A stretch of 64,000 nucleotides of DNA from Bacteroidota bacterium (GTDB taxonomy: Bacteria > Bacteroidota > Bacteroidia > 2-12-FULL-35-15), in the NCBI GenBank assembly GCA_947466965.1, contig CANIFU010000004.1, positions 10,885 to 74,884 of the forward strand, written 5' to 3'. Position numbers and translations under genes: made by a program. Below the pieces are notes generated by a model, which saw only the letters and a program-made list of their open reading frames with translations, was not told the origin of the DNA and searched no databases. Position 1 is the stretch's first letter; each line of letters begins with the position of its first letter. Below are positions 18,418 to 29,552 of the stretch, in pieces.

Positions 18418-21171
18418 TTAACGAACCAAAGAAATATTTCCTGTTTTGTTAACATCAAATGATGTTCTTGGACTTGTTGGTAAATCTCCAGCAATTGCGT
18501 ATGTTGCTTTTATAAAATAAACAAATACTGCAGGATCTAAAGCACGTCCTTTATAAATACCATCCCAACAGAAATCGGGATCCTTTGATTCATAAACTTT
18601 TTCGCCCCAACGATCAAAAATAAGGATTTCAAAAGCATCTACACAATCAGACCAACCGTCTAAACAAAACTTATCATTTATACCGTCATTATTAGGTGAA
18701 AATGCATTGGGAACACCTAAATTTCTATTACTAGAACAAGGAATTTCAACATTCATTTTAACACATGCACTATCTATACAACCTAACTCGGTAACTGTAA
18801 CACAAAATGTTGTCGTTTCAGTAGGAGACGCAAATGTACTATCACAAGTCGGGCAACTTAAATTTGTAACAGGACTCCAGGAATAGGTCGTTCCTCCAGT
18901 AGCGTAAATCCATGCTCCCAGACCACCAAGCCATATTGTTTGTTCTGGACCAATAAGAATTGTAGGCAAAGGATTGATTGTCATCGTTGCTGTTCCCGTT
19001 CCTGCAGCTGAACAAGCAACTGTATTTGAAGGGATAGAATATGTAACGGTATAGGATCCAGGAGTACTTGCATTCACATCAACAACACCTGTACTATCAT
19101 TGATTACCAATCCAGGTGATGAGCTGAATGTTCCGCCGGGAGTGAAACCAGCACCTAATAGAGGAACAGCATCTGCCGTATCAGAAGCGCACGCAATAGG
19201 ATAAGAAAAAGTTGTTACTGGGATGGATAGCGGTGTGATCACAAGTGTTGCTGTGCTTGAACCAGCAGGGCCACAGCCGGTTGCTAAGAAATTATAAGTA
19301 ACGGTATAAGTACCGGCAGCACTTGTCGATAAATTCACATTCCCATTTGTTGTATTCAAACCCAAACCAGCAGGAGTTGCAGAGAATGTTCCACCGGTTG
19401 TAAATCCTGCAACGGTTGTTGGAACAGGATTTGTTCCACTGATACAAACCGGAGTAGTATAAGAGAACCCAGTAGTTGGAGGAACAGTCGGATTTACTAC
19501 AACTAATTGAGTATCCACTGCTGCACAAGTACCAGATATTGTATATGATACGGTATATGTTCCAGCAGTAGTAGGATTAAATAATCCAGCAGCTGAAATA
19601 CCTCCACCCGACCAGACACCACCGGGTGATGCAGCAGTCATTGTAAATGCAGCAGAGCCAGCACAAACTGGGACAACAGGTGCAATAGTAGGATCAGAAC
19701 CACTTACAGTAACAATCATTGTATCTGTTGAGTTACAAGAATTTGTAGTTGTATACGTTATTAAATATGTTCCGGCACCGGCTGTTGTAGGATTAAAAAC
19801 GCCAGTAGTAGAGTTGATACATGCACCGCAGACGGCTGTCCATGTTCCACCCGCAGTGTCAGCAGTAAAAGTAACAGGAGGATCAGAAACACACAAGGGA
19901 GGTACAGCAGTAATGACTGGATTCGTTCCACCGCCAGGAGTTACTTCCACAACAAACGTAAGAGTAACAGGAGCAACGCAAGCACTCAAAGGAGTACCAA
20001 CAGCTGTGTATGTAGTTGTAGACGGAGGATTCGCAACAATTGAAGGACCTGTAATAGGAGTCAAACCGGCAGTTGGTGTCCAGGTCCAGGTAAAATCATT
20101 TACAATTGAACCATTAATTGTTATGGGCACTGGTCCTCCACAAGTCCGAACGGTATCCGTGAATGGGGTACAAACAGCCGGAGGAGCCGAAGCAGAACCA
20201 GGATATGAAAAGTATAAAATGTTATCTATTGCGGCAGTCGCAGAAGCATTATCCAAAATTACTACGAACTTAAAGGTTTCAGTTGCTCCAGGTGCTAAGT
20301 TGGAAATTTTATATGCTAATGCAATAGCTTCATCCTGAAAGTTCGAAGCACCAACTGTTTGAACAAAACCAAGACCAGTTCCATTCCAAATATCTGAAGC
20401 ATCTCTATTGGAAAATCCACCATACATAGCTCTCCAATTGTTGCCAATTGCAGCTAAACCGCAATAAGACATTGGCTGTGATGCAGGAACAGTGGATGTT
20501 GCACTCACATGAGCTAGATTACATCCTCCAAAACCGGGTTGAGAAACAACTGTATTGGTTGTTGTAAAATCGAACCCAATTTCCTGATTGTTATCCGGGT
20601 CAAAATTTCTGTAATAAAAAAGTTCCGGAATCACAGCAGCAGTATTATTGGTAACAGAAACCGTTGTGGTATAATATAAATCGGTTTGTTGCAAGAAATA
20701 ATCTATTTTAAAATGCAAATCGGTTCCAGAAGTCATATCCCCTTCCCAAATTGCATTATAACAGTCAAACGTGTGAGTCCAACTTGAAAAAGCACCAAAA
20801 ATATTGTTCCCAAAATTGCTGCAATTACTTGTTCCAAAAACACCACCAGTAGTTCCAATTTCAAAACCCCAGCCATTTTCAGGACTACCTGGTGTAAAAA
20901 AGTCGCCATCGTATGTTGCCCATGCATTCACTTGGGGGTTAGCAACAAAACCAAATGGCAACGTTGTTGTACGCGCATGATAACCGGCAGGTGGAGGAGA
21001 TACCCCCTGATTTACACCTTCATATCCACCCAGTCCATCAATCCCAATCTCAACGCTTGTTCCCCGAATATAAGCACTTGTGCCAACCAACTGGGCCTTG
21101 ATCAAATTGAAACTGCAGGAAAATAGGACTAAAAGAAGAGATAAACGAAAAGAAAATTTACGTTGAATCAT
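18418..21171 (-). CDS. Large T/G/P-rich cell-surface adhesin with gliding motility-associated C-terminal domain (T9SS type-B CTD), SprB-like
   Basis: About 917 aa from the probable start MIQRKF (signal peptide). It contains four tandem ~80-aa Ig-like repeats. The C-terminus (NAFSPNNDGINDKF...WGEKVY...) matches the gliding motility-associated C-terminal domain. Confidence 0.8.
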   Translation of the reverse strand: MIQRKFSFRLSLLLVLFSCSFNLIKAQLVGTSAYIRGTSVEIGIDGLGGYEGVNQGVSPPPAGYHARTTTLPFGFVANPQVNAWATYDGDFFTPGSPENGWGFEIGTTGGVFGTSNCSNFGNNIFGAFSSWTHTFDCYNAIWEGDMTSGTDLHFKIDYFLQQTDLYYTTTVSVTNNTAAVIPELFYYRNFDPDNNQEIGFDFTTTNTVVSQPGFGGCNLAHVSATSTVPASQPMSYCGLAAIGNNWRAMYGGFSNRDASDIWNGTGLGFVQTVGASNFQDEAIALAYKISNLAPGATETFKFVVILDNASATAAIDNILYFSYPGSASAPPAVCTPFTDTVRTCGGPVPITINGSIVNDFTWTWTPTAGLTPITGPSIVANPPSTTTYTAVGTPLSACVAPVTLTFVVEVTPGGGTNPVITAVPPLCVSDPPVTFTADTAGGTWTAVCGACINSTTGVFNPTTAGAGTYLITYTTTNSCNSTDTMIVTVSGSDPTIAPVVPVCAGSAAFTMTAASPGGVWSGGGISAAGLFNPTTAGTYTVSYTISGTCAAVDTQLVVVNPTVPPTTGFSYTTPVCISGTNPVPTTVAGFTTGGTFSATPAGLGLNTTNGNVNLSTSAAGTYTVTYNFLATGCGPAGSSTATLVITPLSIPVTTFSYPIACASDTADAVPLLGAGFTPGGTFSSSPGLVINDSTGVVDVNASTPGSYTVTYSIPSNTVACSAAGTGTATMTINPLPTILIGPEQTIWLGGLGAWIYATGGTTYSWSPVTNLSCPTCDSTFASPTETTTFCVTVTELGCIDSACVKMNVEIPCSSNRNLGVPNAFSPNNDGINDKFCLDGWSDCVDAFEILIFDRWGEKVYESKDPDFCWDGIYKGRALDPAVFVYFIKATYAIAGDLPTSPRTSFDVNKTGNISLVR
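19017..20040 (-). repeat. Four tandem ~80-aa Ig-like/SprB-type repeats inside the adhesin CDS
   Basis: The repeated pattern is ...C.....G..FNPTTAG.GTYTVTYT.... The coordinates are approximate. Confidence 0.5.
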
Positions 21172-21601
21172 AGTATTAAATTTAAAGTAGCAAAAAATAT
21201 TCTGTTTAGCTGAGTATATCAAAATGAATAGATGAAAAATAGCTTAGTTTAGTTGCACGAATATACTATTTTATCAGATTTCTACAATTCATTTTTGCAT
21301 ACTATTGAATTACAGACAGATACAAGATTTCGGAAAGTAGAATTAAATTCAGAAAAAAGATAACTAAGTCATTTTATTAAAATGTATTGAAAAAAATTCA
21401 ACTATTACCAAAAAATTTCTTACTCAACTAAGTTGAACAAAATAAAAAAATATTTGTTATAAATTGAGTAACTATTCTAAAACGAATTTGACATATTTTT
21501 GAATCTTTAAAAACAAATCAACGGAATTATTTTAGAGTTTTAATTACTAAATAAAATGTGTACGTTTGTTGACGAAAAACTGAAAAATAATTTTTATTCT
21601 T

Positions 21602-22279
21602 ATGAGTAATACATCCACAAAATTTATTCAATCATCGCTCGGAAAAAAATTGCTAATGGGCTTAACAGGTCTGTTTTTAATCTCTTTTCTTATTGTACAT
21701 TGTCTTTTAAATTCATTCATCTTCTTAAACGATGGAGGCATACTGTTCAATGAAGGAGCGCAGTTTATGGCGAACAATCCAATTATCAGAATTATGGAAA
21801 TTGTTTTGTTTTTCGGACTGATTGCACATGCTCTGCAAGCATTGGTGCTTACGCTACAAAACAACAAAGCCCGTCCGGTAAAATATACTGTGAAGGATGG
21901 GAAAGCGAATAGCAAATGGTATTCGCGTTCCATGGGAATTTTAGGTTCTTTACTATTGTTATTTTTAGTAGTTCATTTATCACATTTTTGGATCGATACA
22001 AAAGCGGCTCAATTCGACGGAACGATTGCTGAACACAATACGTATTTAGAAATGATTGAAGTGTTCCACAATCCAATAAACGTTGCAGTATATTTACTAG
22101 GTATACTTGCATTAGCCTACCATTTGCTTCATGGTTTCCCATCTGCCTTCCAAACCATGGGATGGAATCATCCGAAATATAACGGATTAATTAAGAAAAC
22201 AGGAACGCTCTTTTCAATTATTGTTCCCTTGATTTTTGCAGCAATGCCTGTGGCAATCTTTTTAGGATGGATAAAATAA
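21602..22279 (+). CDS. sdhC: Succinate dehydrogenase/fumarate reductase cytochrome b subunit
   Basis: 225 aa polytopic membrane protein with conserved His residues. It is the first gene of an sdhCAB operon. Confidence 0.8.
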   Translation: MSNTSTKFIQSSLGKKLLMGLTGLFLISFLIVHCLLNSFIFLNDGGILFNEGAQFMANNPIIRIMEIVLFFGLIAHALQALVLTLQNNKARPVKYTVKDGKANSKWYSRSMGILGSLLLLFLVVHLSHFWIDTKAAQFDGTIAEHNTYLEMIEVFHNPINVAVYLLGILALAYHLLHGFPSAFQTMGWNHPKYNGLIKKTGTLFSIIVPLIFAAMPVAIFLGWIK

Positions 22280-22308
22280 ATCATAACCGAAATCAGAATT
22301 TTTAAAAT

Positions 22309-24288
22309 ATGTCAAAATTAGATAGTAAAATTCCGGAAGGAGCATTGGAACAGAAATGGGAGAACTATAAATCTTCCGTTGCACTTGTAAACCCTGCTAA
22401 CAAAAGAAGTTTAGAAGTAATTGTAGTAGGTTCGGGATTAGCCGGATCATCTGCTGCATCTTCACTTGCAGAAATGGGATACAAAGTAAAAGTATTTTGT
22501 TTTCAGGATTCTCCGCGTAGAGCTCATTCTATTGCCGCTCAAGGTGGTATTAATGCAGCAAAAAATTACCAGAACGATGGCGACAGCACCTATCGTTTAT
22601 TTTATGATACTATTAAGGGAGGGGATTATCGCTCACGTGAAGCAAACGTTTACCGTTTAGCATCTGTTAGTTCAAACATTATTGACCAATGTGTGGCAAG
22701 CGGTGTTCCTTTAGCCCGTGAATATGGTGGAATGTTAAGTAACCGTTCATTTGGGGGTACACAAGTACAACGAACATTTTATGCTGCCGGACAAACCGGA
22801 CAACAATTGTTGCTAGGAGCATATAGCGGTTTACTTCGTCAGGTTGGCTTAGGAAATGTTGAAATGTGTGCACGTCACGAAATGTTGGACGTGGTGAATA
22901 TTGACGGCAAGTGCAGAGGAATTATTGCACGCGACCTGATCACAGGAAAACTGGAGCGTCATTTTGGTCACGCTGTCTTATTATGTTCAGGTGGATACGG
23001 TAACGTATTCTATCTCTCAACAAATGCAATGGGTTCAAATGTAACTGCTGCATGGAAAGCTCACAAAAGAGGTGCATTCTTCGGCAACCCCTGCTTCACT
23101 CAAATTCACCCTACCTGTATCCCAGTTTCCGGTGAACACCAATCTAAACTGACGTTAATGAGTGAATCATTGCGTAACGATGGTAGAATCTGGGTTCCTA
23201 AAAAACATGGCGATACGCGTAAAGCAAATGAAATTACTGAAGAAGAAAGAGATTACTACCTTGAACGCAGATATCCTGCTTTTGGAAATTTAGTTCCTCG
23301 CGATGTGGCATCTCGTGCCGCAAAAGAGCGTTGTGATGCTGGTTTCGGAGTTGGGGCTTCAAAAATGGCGGTCTATCTAGATTTCAAAGCGGCAATTGCC
23401 CGTTATGGACATACGCAAGCGGTTAAATTAGGAGTACACAATCCTTCAGCGGATGAATTAAAAGAATTTGGTAAACAAGTAGTGGAAGAAAAATATGGTA
23501 ATTTGTTTGCGATGTATGAACAAATTACAGGCGAAAATCCATATGAATTACCAATGCGCATTTATCCTGCCGTGCATTATACAATGGGTGGGTTATGGGT
23601 AGATTACAACTTGATGACCACCGTGCCAGGATTGTATGCATTAGGTGAAGCGAATTTCTCGGATCATGGTGCAAACCGCCTGGGAGCCTCTGCATTGATG
23701 CAAGGGTTAGCCGATGGCTATTTCGTTATTCCTTACACAATCGGTGCCTATTTATCGAAAGAAATATCTGTAAAAGCAATTTCTACAGATCATGAAGCGT
23801 TTGTTGCTGCCGAAAAAAACGCGCAGGAGATCATTGATAAATTATTTGCAATAAAGGGAACTAAATCCGTAGATTATTTCCACAAACGTTTAGGAAAAAT
23901 CATGTGGGACAAATGCGGAATGGCTCGTAGTGAAAAAGGATTAAAAGAAGCGATTGCTGAGATTCGCGCACTGCGCGATGAATTCTGGAAAGATGTTCGT
24001 GTACCGGGAACTGCAAATGATTTTAATCCTGAATTGGAAAAAGCTGGCAGAGTTGCCGACTTTATTGAGCTGGGTGAATTAATGTGCATCGATGCATTGA
24101 ACCGCACCGAATCGTGTGGTGGTCATTTCCGTGAGGAATCCCAAACAGAAGAAGGTGAAGCATTGCGTAAAGATGATGAATTTGCATATGTTGCAGCATG
24201 GGAAAACAATGGCAATCACACTTACGAATTACACAAAGAAGAATTAAAATTCGAAGCAATTAAAATTGCTCAAAGAAGTTATAAATAA
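22309..24288 (+). CDS. sdhA: Succinate dehydrogenase/fumarate reductase flavoprotein subunit
   Basis: 659 aa. It has the FAD-binding motif [12 protein letters not shown], a covalent-FAD His region and the conserved catalytic HYTMGG motif. Confidence 0.9.
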   Translation: MSKLDSKIPEGALEQKWENYKSSVALVNPANKRSLEVIVVGSGLAGSSAASSLAEMGYKVKVFCFQDSPRRAHSIAAQGGINAAKNYQNDGDSTYRLFYDTIKGGDYRSREANVYRLASVSSNIIDQCVASGVPLAREYGGMLSNRSFGGTQVQRTFYAAGQTGQQLLLGAYSGLLRQVGLGNVEMCARHEMLDVVNIDGKCRGIIARDLITGKLERHFGHAVLLCSGGYGNVFYLSTNAMGSNVTAAWKAHKRGAFFGNPCFTQIHPTCIPVSGEHQSKLTLMSESLRNDGRIWVPKKHGDTRKANEITEEERDYYLERRYPAFGNLVPRDVASRAAKERCDAGFGVGASKMAVYLDFKAAIARYGHTQAVKLGVHNPSADELKEFGKQVVEEKYGNLFAMYEQITGENPYELPMRIYPAVHYTMGGLWVDYNLMTTVPGLYALGEANFSDHGANRLGASALMQGLADGYFVIPYTIGAYLSKEISVKAISTDHEAFVAAEKNAQEIIDKLFAIKGTKSVDYFHKRLGKIMWDKCGMARSEKGLKEAIAEIRALRDEFWKDVRVPGTANDFNPELEKAGRVADFIELGELMCIDALNRTESCGGHFREESQTEEGEALRKDDEFAYVAAWENNGNHTYELHKEELKFEAIKIAQRSYK

Positions 24289-24354
24289 TTTGGAAATTTG
24301 TCAATTTGAAAATGAAAAATAAATTTTCAATTAAAAAAATTAAATTAAGATAAT

Positions 24355-25107
24355 ATGAGTGGACATATGAACTTGACGTTAAAAATTTGGCGTCAAAAAA
24401 GCGATAAAGAAAAGGGGAAATTAGTTACCTATCCGGTACAAAACATCTCACCTGATATGTCATTCCTTGAAATGTTTGATGTATTAAACGAACAACTGAT
24501 CACAAAAGGTGACGAACCGATTGCTTTCGATCACGATTGTCGTGAAGGAATTTGCGGAATGTGTAGCATGTATATCAATGGACGTCCACACGGTCCGAAA
24601 AGAGGCGTAACTACCTGCCAACTTCACATGCGTTCATTTAAAGATGGTGATACTATTGTTGTTGAACCATGGAGAGCTGCAGCTTTTCCCGTAATAAAAG
24701 ATTTAACGGTGGATCGTTCTGCTTTTGATCGTGTAATTGCTAAAGGTGGATTTATCTCAGTTAATACAGGAAATGCGCAAGATGCAAACAATATCCCTAT
24801 TCCTAAGACGGATGCTGATGCGGCATTCGAAGCAGCTGCATGTATTGGATGCGGAGCATGCGTGGCAACATGCAAAAACTCATCCGCAATGTTATTTGTA
24901 TCAGCGAAGGTTTCTCAATTAGCGCTTTTGCCTCAGGGAAGAGTGGAAGCGACTGCACGTGTTAAAAATATGGTTGCACAAATGGATGAAGAAGGATTTG
25001 GTAACTGTTCAAATACTGGGGCATGTGAAGTGGAATGTCCGAAAGGAATATCTTTAGAGAACATTGCACTTATGAATCGTGAATTTTTTGTTGCAAATAT
25101 CAAATAA
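24355..25107 (+). CDS. sdhB: Succinate dehydrogenase/fumarate reductase iron-sulfur subunit
   Basis: 250 aa. It has 2Fe-2S (CREGICGMC) and 4Fe-4S/3Fe-4S cysteine clusters ([11 protein letters not shown]; [12 protein letters not shown]). Confidence 0.9.
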   Translation: MSGHMNLTLKIWRQKSDKEKGKLVTYPVQNISPDMSFLEMFDVLNEQLITKGDEPIAFDHDCREGICGMCSMYINGRPHGPKRGVTTCQLHMRSFKDGDTIVVEPWRAAAFPVIKDLTVDRSAFDRVIAKGGFISVNTGNAQDANNIPIPKTDADAAFEAAACIGCGACVATCKNSSAMLFVSAKVSQLALLPQGRVEATARVKNMVAQMDEEGFGNCSNTGACEVECPKGISLENIALMNREFFVANIK

Positions 25108-25130
25108 TAAAAACACAACTTGGCTAAAAA

Positions 25131-25163
25131 AAAACCAACCTCCATTGAGGTTGGTTTTTTTAT
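25131..25163 (+). terminator. Rho-independent terminator after sdhB
   Basis: AACCAACCTC cattg AGGTTGGTT hairpin followed by a T-run. Confidence 0.6.
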
Positions 25164-25443
25164 ATTTGATAAGGAGGCGAATTACCCAAATTATAAATTA
25201 TATATTGTTAAATTTTTTTATCCAACAAATAACCAACCTTTTTAGGAGAATTCATCAGGTATGTATAAGTTCCGTTTAATTTAGATCACTTTTTTTTAAC
25301 GATAGTTTAGGAATGGGTGTATTTTATCAAAACGCTTTTTCAAATTGAACGAAATCACTTTACGATACCTTCCTCCTTTGTCGGAAGAACTCGAAGTAAC
25401 AATGTATTTATCAGTTTGAAAAAAGAGATTATGTAACAAATTT

Positions 25444-25473
25444 TAAAAAAAAACATCTGCTGAATAAAGCAGA
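25444..25473 (-). terminator. Rho-independent terminator of the rhodanese operon (minus strand)
   Basis: On the minus strand: CTGCTTTATTCAGCAG hairpin followed by ATGTTTTTTTTT. Confidence 0.5.
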
Positions 25474-25499
25474 GTAGTGAGAATAGGAGTTTAAAACAA

Positions 25500-25901
25500 T
25501 TATTTTTTTTCTACCGGAAATCCTTTTAACAACCAATCTGAAAGCCCTTTTTCAAGATTATAGACTCTTTTGAAGCCCTTCTTTTCCATATAATCAGCAC
25601 AATCTGCACTTCTACCGCCACCTGCACAATAAATATAATATGTTTTATTCCTATCTAATTTATCAACTTGTTTCTCTGCATCTTTTGCCAAAAAATCAAG
25701 CTGAACGGCACCTTTGATATACCCTTTTTTAGTTATTTCATCCGTTGTTCGCAAATCAATGATAGATGCATTTTTATCATTTTCAATAATTACTTTAAAT
25801 CTTTCGGTAGAAAGATTCGTAACAACAGTAGAATTCGACTGAGCATTTGTAACATTTATTGTTGCAGCAATTGCAATCATTAAAAAGATTATTTTTTTCA
25901 T
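25500..25901 (-). CDS. Secreted single-domain rhodanese (sulfurtransferase)
   Basis: 133 aa with a signal peptide. The active-site loop is YCAGGGRS. Confidence 0.8.
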   Translation of the reverse strand: MKKIIFLMIAIAATINVTNAQSNSTVVTNLSTERFKVIIENDKNASIIDLRTTDEITKKGYIKGAVQLDFLAKDAEKQVDKLDRNKTYYIYCAGGGRSADCADYMEKKGFKRVYNLEKGLSDWLLKGFPVEKK

Positions 25902-25920
25902 ATTATTTTTTTTAGTTTAA

Positions 25921-27309
25921 TTAAAAAGTTTGAACCGGTTGAACAAGTTTTATGCCAGTCGCATTTATTTTCCCCATACCTCCGAGGACATTCGTAATTT
26001 TTGTAAATCCTTGTTGTTTCAAAATAGAAGCGGCCATCATAGAGCGGTAACCACCTGCACAATGAACAAAATAATGCTTTTTTTTATCTAAAGAATTTAA
26101 TTCCCCTTGCAATTTTGATAAACAAATATGATGTGCATTTTCAATAATTCCCGTTTCCACTTCACCCAATTTTCTGACATCTAAAATATTGGTTGATGAG
26201 TCAATTCTTGCAACAAAATCTTCAGCAGTAATACTTTCAATCGTCTCTACTTTTTTTCCTTCAATTTCCCAAGAAGCAATTCCACCTTTTAAATAGCCAT
26301 TTACTTTTTCATATCCAACACGAGCAAGGCGCAAAACGGCCTCCGCTTCTTTTCCTTCATCCGCGACCAAAACCAAAGGTCTATTAGCGTCCATCAATGC
26401 TCCTACCCAGGGAGCATATTGTCCGTTCAATCCAATATTTATTGCATTGGGAACAAAACCTTTTTCAAAATCATCGGGTGAGCGAACATCTAATACGAAA
26501 GCTCCTTTTGACAATTCTGATTCAAATTCCTGAACCGAAAGCGCTTTGGTATTCTTTTTTAAAACTTCATCTATACTGTCGTATCCTTCTTTATTGAGTC
26601 GTGCATCCATAGCAAAATAGCCCGGAGCATCAGAAAGTCCGTCTGTAACAGATTTAATGAACGCTATTCTGTTCATAGGTTGCAAAGCATAATTTAATTT
26701 TTTTTGAGTACCAATGGTAGAAAACGTTTCTTTACCAATATTTTTTCCGCAGGAAGAACCTGCACCGTGAGCGGGATAAACAATTACATCATCGGCCAAA
26801 GGTTTTATTTTTGAATTGAGTGAATCGAATAGCATCCCGGCAAGGTCATCAATTGTTAAATCACTTTTGATGGCAAGGTCGGGGCGGCCAACATCCCCAA
26901 CAAATAATGTATCACCGGTAAAAACAGCTTTATTATTACCATTTTCATCAATTAACAAATAGCAAGACGACTCCAATGTATGTCCGGGCGTGTGCAATAC
27001 CTTTAATTTTATTTTTCCTAAGGTAAATATTTCTTCGTCGTTTGCAACAGTTACATGATACCCGGTTTGAGCAGTAGGTCCAAAAACGATGGAAGCTCCT
27101 GTTTTACGAGCAAGATCGATATGGCCTGAAACAAAATCAGCATGGAAATGAGTTTCAAAAACATATTTTATTTTGGCATTTCGTTTTCCAGCCAATTCAA
27201 TATAGGGAGCGGTTTCTCGCAAGGGATCAATGATTGCGACTTCCCCTTCTGATTCGATATAATAAGCCGCTTCTGCTAAGCAACCCGTATATAATTGTTC
27301 GATATACAT
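25921..27309 (-). CDS. MBL-fold metallo-hydrolase fused to two rhodanese domains (persulfide dioxygenase-sulfurtransferase, CstB/Blh-like)
   Basis: 462 aa. It has the HFHADFVSGH metal-binding motif. The middle rhodanese lacks the catalytic Cys. The C-terminal rhodanese has CAGGYRS. Confidence 0.78.
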   Translation of the reverse strand: MYIEQLYTGCLAEAAYYIESEGEVAIIDPLRETAPYIELAGKRNAKIKYVFETHFHADFVSGHIDLARKTGASIVFGPTAQTGYHVTVANDEEIFTLGKIKLKVLHTPGHTLESSCYLLIDENGNNKAVFTGDTLFVGDVGRPDLAIKSDLTIDDLAGMLFDSLNSKIKPLADDVIVYPAHGAGSSCGKNIGKETFSTIGTQKKLNYALQPMNRIAFIKSVTDGLSDAPGYFAMDARLNKEGYDSIDEVLKKNTKALSVQEFESELSKGAFVLDVRSPDDFEKGFVPNAINIGLNGQYAPWVGALMDANRPLVLVADEGKEAEAVLRLARVGYEKVNGYLKGGIASWEIEGKKVETIESITAEDFVARIDSSTNILDVRKLGEVETGIIENAHHICLSKLQGELNSLDKKKHYFVHCAGGYRSMMAASILKQQGFTKITNVLGGMGKINATGIKLVQPVQTF

Positions 27310-27368
27310 ATTGTTTTTTTACAAAGTTAAGTGAATCTATTTTTACAAAAAATGATAATTTTCACTTT

Positions 27369-28169
27369 TTACAAAAAAAGTTCTTTACTGATTATATAAA
27401 CACCCATTAATAGAATAAACCAGCCAAAAACAGGTTTTAATTTTACACCACTTATATATTTTGACAAATAACTTCCAATCAAAATTCCGCTAATGGCGAA
27501 GGAGGAAAAAATCAATAAAAATGTCCAATCAAAGTAGTGTGTTCCAAAATCGCTTAAAAAGCCAATTGAAGAGTTCATAGCGATAATCGCCAAGGACGTT
27601 CCAACAGCCATTTTCATGGGTAACTTTGCCAAAACTACCAAAGCTGGAATAATTAAAAAACCTCCTCCGGCACCTACCAATCCTACAAGTAACCCAACAA
27701 AAATACCTTGCAGAGAAATAAGAAAATAACGGTATTGTTGAATGTGATGCTTAGGCATTTCCTGGCTTTCTGTCGCTGTTTTTTTTATCATTGAATATGA
27801 GGCTAGAACCATCATTATAGCAAGCAAGAGCATTAGTGCAGCACTTTTTGTTACATCAAGAGATCCCAGAAAAAACAAATGATCTGGAATCATGTATAAT
27901 AAATATTTTCTTGTAAAAAAAATGCTAATGACAGAAGGCAAGCCAAATACCACCATCGTCTTTAAGCAAATCATATTGTTTTTAAAATAACGCAAGCCAC
28001 CAATAATAGCGGAAACGCCAACAATAAATAAAGAGTATGAAGTAGCTTGTAAGGGTTGTATTCCTATAAGGTAAACCAAAACAGGAATTGTGAGAATAGA
28101 ACCTCCCGCACCAATTAAGCCCAATAATATTCCAATGACTATTGCAGCAAAAAAACCTAAATACTCCAT
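27369..28169 (-). CDS. Sulfite exporter TauE/SafE family membrane protein
   Basis: 266 aa. It has ~8 TM helices with two GAGGG-containing repeats typical of the DUF81/TauE family. Confidence 0.78.
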   Translation of the reverse strand: MEYLGFFAAIVIGILLGLIGAGGSILTIPVLVYLIGIQPLQATSYSLFIVGVSAIIGGLRYFKNNMICLKTMVVFGLPSVISIFFTRKYLLYMIPDHLFFLGSLDVTKSAALMLLLAIMMVLASYSMIKKTATESQEMPKHHIQQYRYFLISLQGIFVGLLVGLVGAGGGFLIIPALVVLAKLPMKMAVGTSLAIIAMNSSIGFLSDFGTHYFDWTFLLIFSSFAISGILIGSYLSKYISGVKLKPVFGWFILLMGVYIISKELFL

Positions 28170-28318
28170 TCAACCAAATTGTGCATTTTTTGTGAAAGCT
28201 GCTTCTTATTGATGTTATTATTTATTAACAGTTGTTGACTATTCGCAATTGACAAAAACTATTTAGAAGTACAACTAAAACACAGGACTGATTTCTGAAA
28301 TTTCTAAAGTCATATGAA

Positions 28319-28350
28319 CAAAAAAGCCCCGATAGGTTTAGTATCAGGGC
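28319..28350 (-). terminator. Probable rho-independent terminator after the acyl-CoA dehydrogenase gene
   Basis: Minus strand: GCCCTGATACTAAACCTATCGGGGC imperfect hairpin followed by TTTTTT. Confidence 0.4.
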
Positions 28351-28373
28351 AAATTAAAAATTATTAATACTTT

Positions 28374-29552
28374 TTATCCAAAAGCATTAATACCGGTAAC
28401 ATCCATACCTGTAATTAATAAATGAATATCATGCGTGCCTTCATAGGTGATTACCGATTCTAAATTCATCATATGGCGCATAATAGGATATTCTCCTGTA
28501 ATACCCATTCCGCCATGTATTTGGCGAGCTTCACGAGCAATCTGCAAAGCCATGTTTACATTGTTGCGTTTACTCATTGAAATTTGTGCAGGGGTTGCTC
28601 TATTTTCATTTTTTAAAACACCCAATCTCCATGTTAACAATTGTGCTTTGGTGATTTCGGTGATCATTTCAGCCAATTTTTTTTGTGTCAACTGAAATCC
28701 AGCAATTGGTTTTCCGAATTGAACACGTTCCTTAGAATAACGTAATGCAGAATCATAACAATCCATAGCCGCACCAATTGCACCCCAAGCTATACCGAAG
28801 CGAGCCGAATTTAGACAACCCAAAGGTCCTTTTAATCCTTTTATAGTTGGAAAAATATTTTCTTTCGGCACTTTTACATTTGCAAAAACCAATTCTCCGG
28901 TTGCGCTTGCGCGCAAGCTCCATTTTCCATGAGTTTCAGGTGTTGTAAAACCTTCCATTCCTCTTTCTACGACTATTCCGCGGATATCTCCAGCCTCATC
29001 TTTTGCCCAAACCACAGCGATATCTGCAAAAGGAGAATTTGAAATCCACATTTTAGCGCCATTTAACAGATAGTGATCTCCTTTATCTTTTATGTTTGTG
29101 ATCATCCCAGAAGGATTGGAACCATGATCAGGCTCTGTTAATCCAAAACACCCCATCATTTCTCCACTCGCCAATTTAGGCAAATATTTCATCCGCTGTT
29201 CTTCTGTTCCGTATGTATAAATTGGATACATCACTAACGAACTTTGAACTGATGCAGTTGAACGCAATCCACTATCACCACGCTCTAATTCTTGCATAAT
29301 CAAACCATAAGAAATCTGGTCCAAGCCTGCCCCTCCGTATTTTGTAGGGATGTAGGGTCCAAAAGCGCCTATTTCAGCCAATCCTTTTATCCATTGTTTT
29401 GGAAATGTTGCATTTTGACATGCATCTTCTACTATAGGGGAAACCTCTTTCTTTACCCAAGCACGAGCCGTTTCACGAATTAATTTATGTTCATCCGTTA
29501 ATAACTCATCCATCAAATAATAGTCATGAGCTTCAAATCTATCTGTTGCCAT
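28374..29552 (-). CDS. Acyl-CoA dehydrogenase (glutaryl-CoA dehydrogenase-like)
   Basis: 392 aa. The ACAD N-, middle- and C-domains are present. Sequence features include GCFGLTEPDHGSNPSGM and a C-terminal YEGTHDIH. Confidence 0.85.
   Translation of the reverse strand: MATDRFEAHDYYLMDELLTDEHKLIRETARAWVKKEVSPIVEDACQNATFPKQWIKGLAEIGAFGPYIPTKYGGAGLDQISYGLIMQELERGDSGLRSTASVQSSLVMYPIYTYGTEEQRMKYLPKLASGEMMGCFGLTEPDHGSNPSGMITNIKDKGDHYLLNGAKMWISNSPFADIAVVWAKDEAGDIRGIVVERGMEGFTTPETHGKWSLRASATGELVFANVKVPKENIFPTIKGLKGPLGCLNSARFGIAWGAIGAAMDCYDSALRYSKERVQFGKPIAGFQLTQKKLAEMITEITKAQLLTWRLGVLKNENRATPAQISMSKRNNVNMALQIAREARQIHGGMGITGEYPIMRHMMNLESVITYEGTHDIHLLITGMDVTGINAFG

Noticed and set aside
19814-20338. 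174-aa + strand ORF (and several 60-80 aa ORFs) inside the adhesin gene
   Set aside because: It is antisense to a well-supported 917-aa CDS with domain-level evidence. The composition reflects the T/G/P-rich repeats on the other strand.
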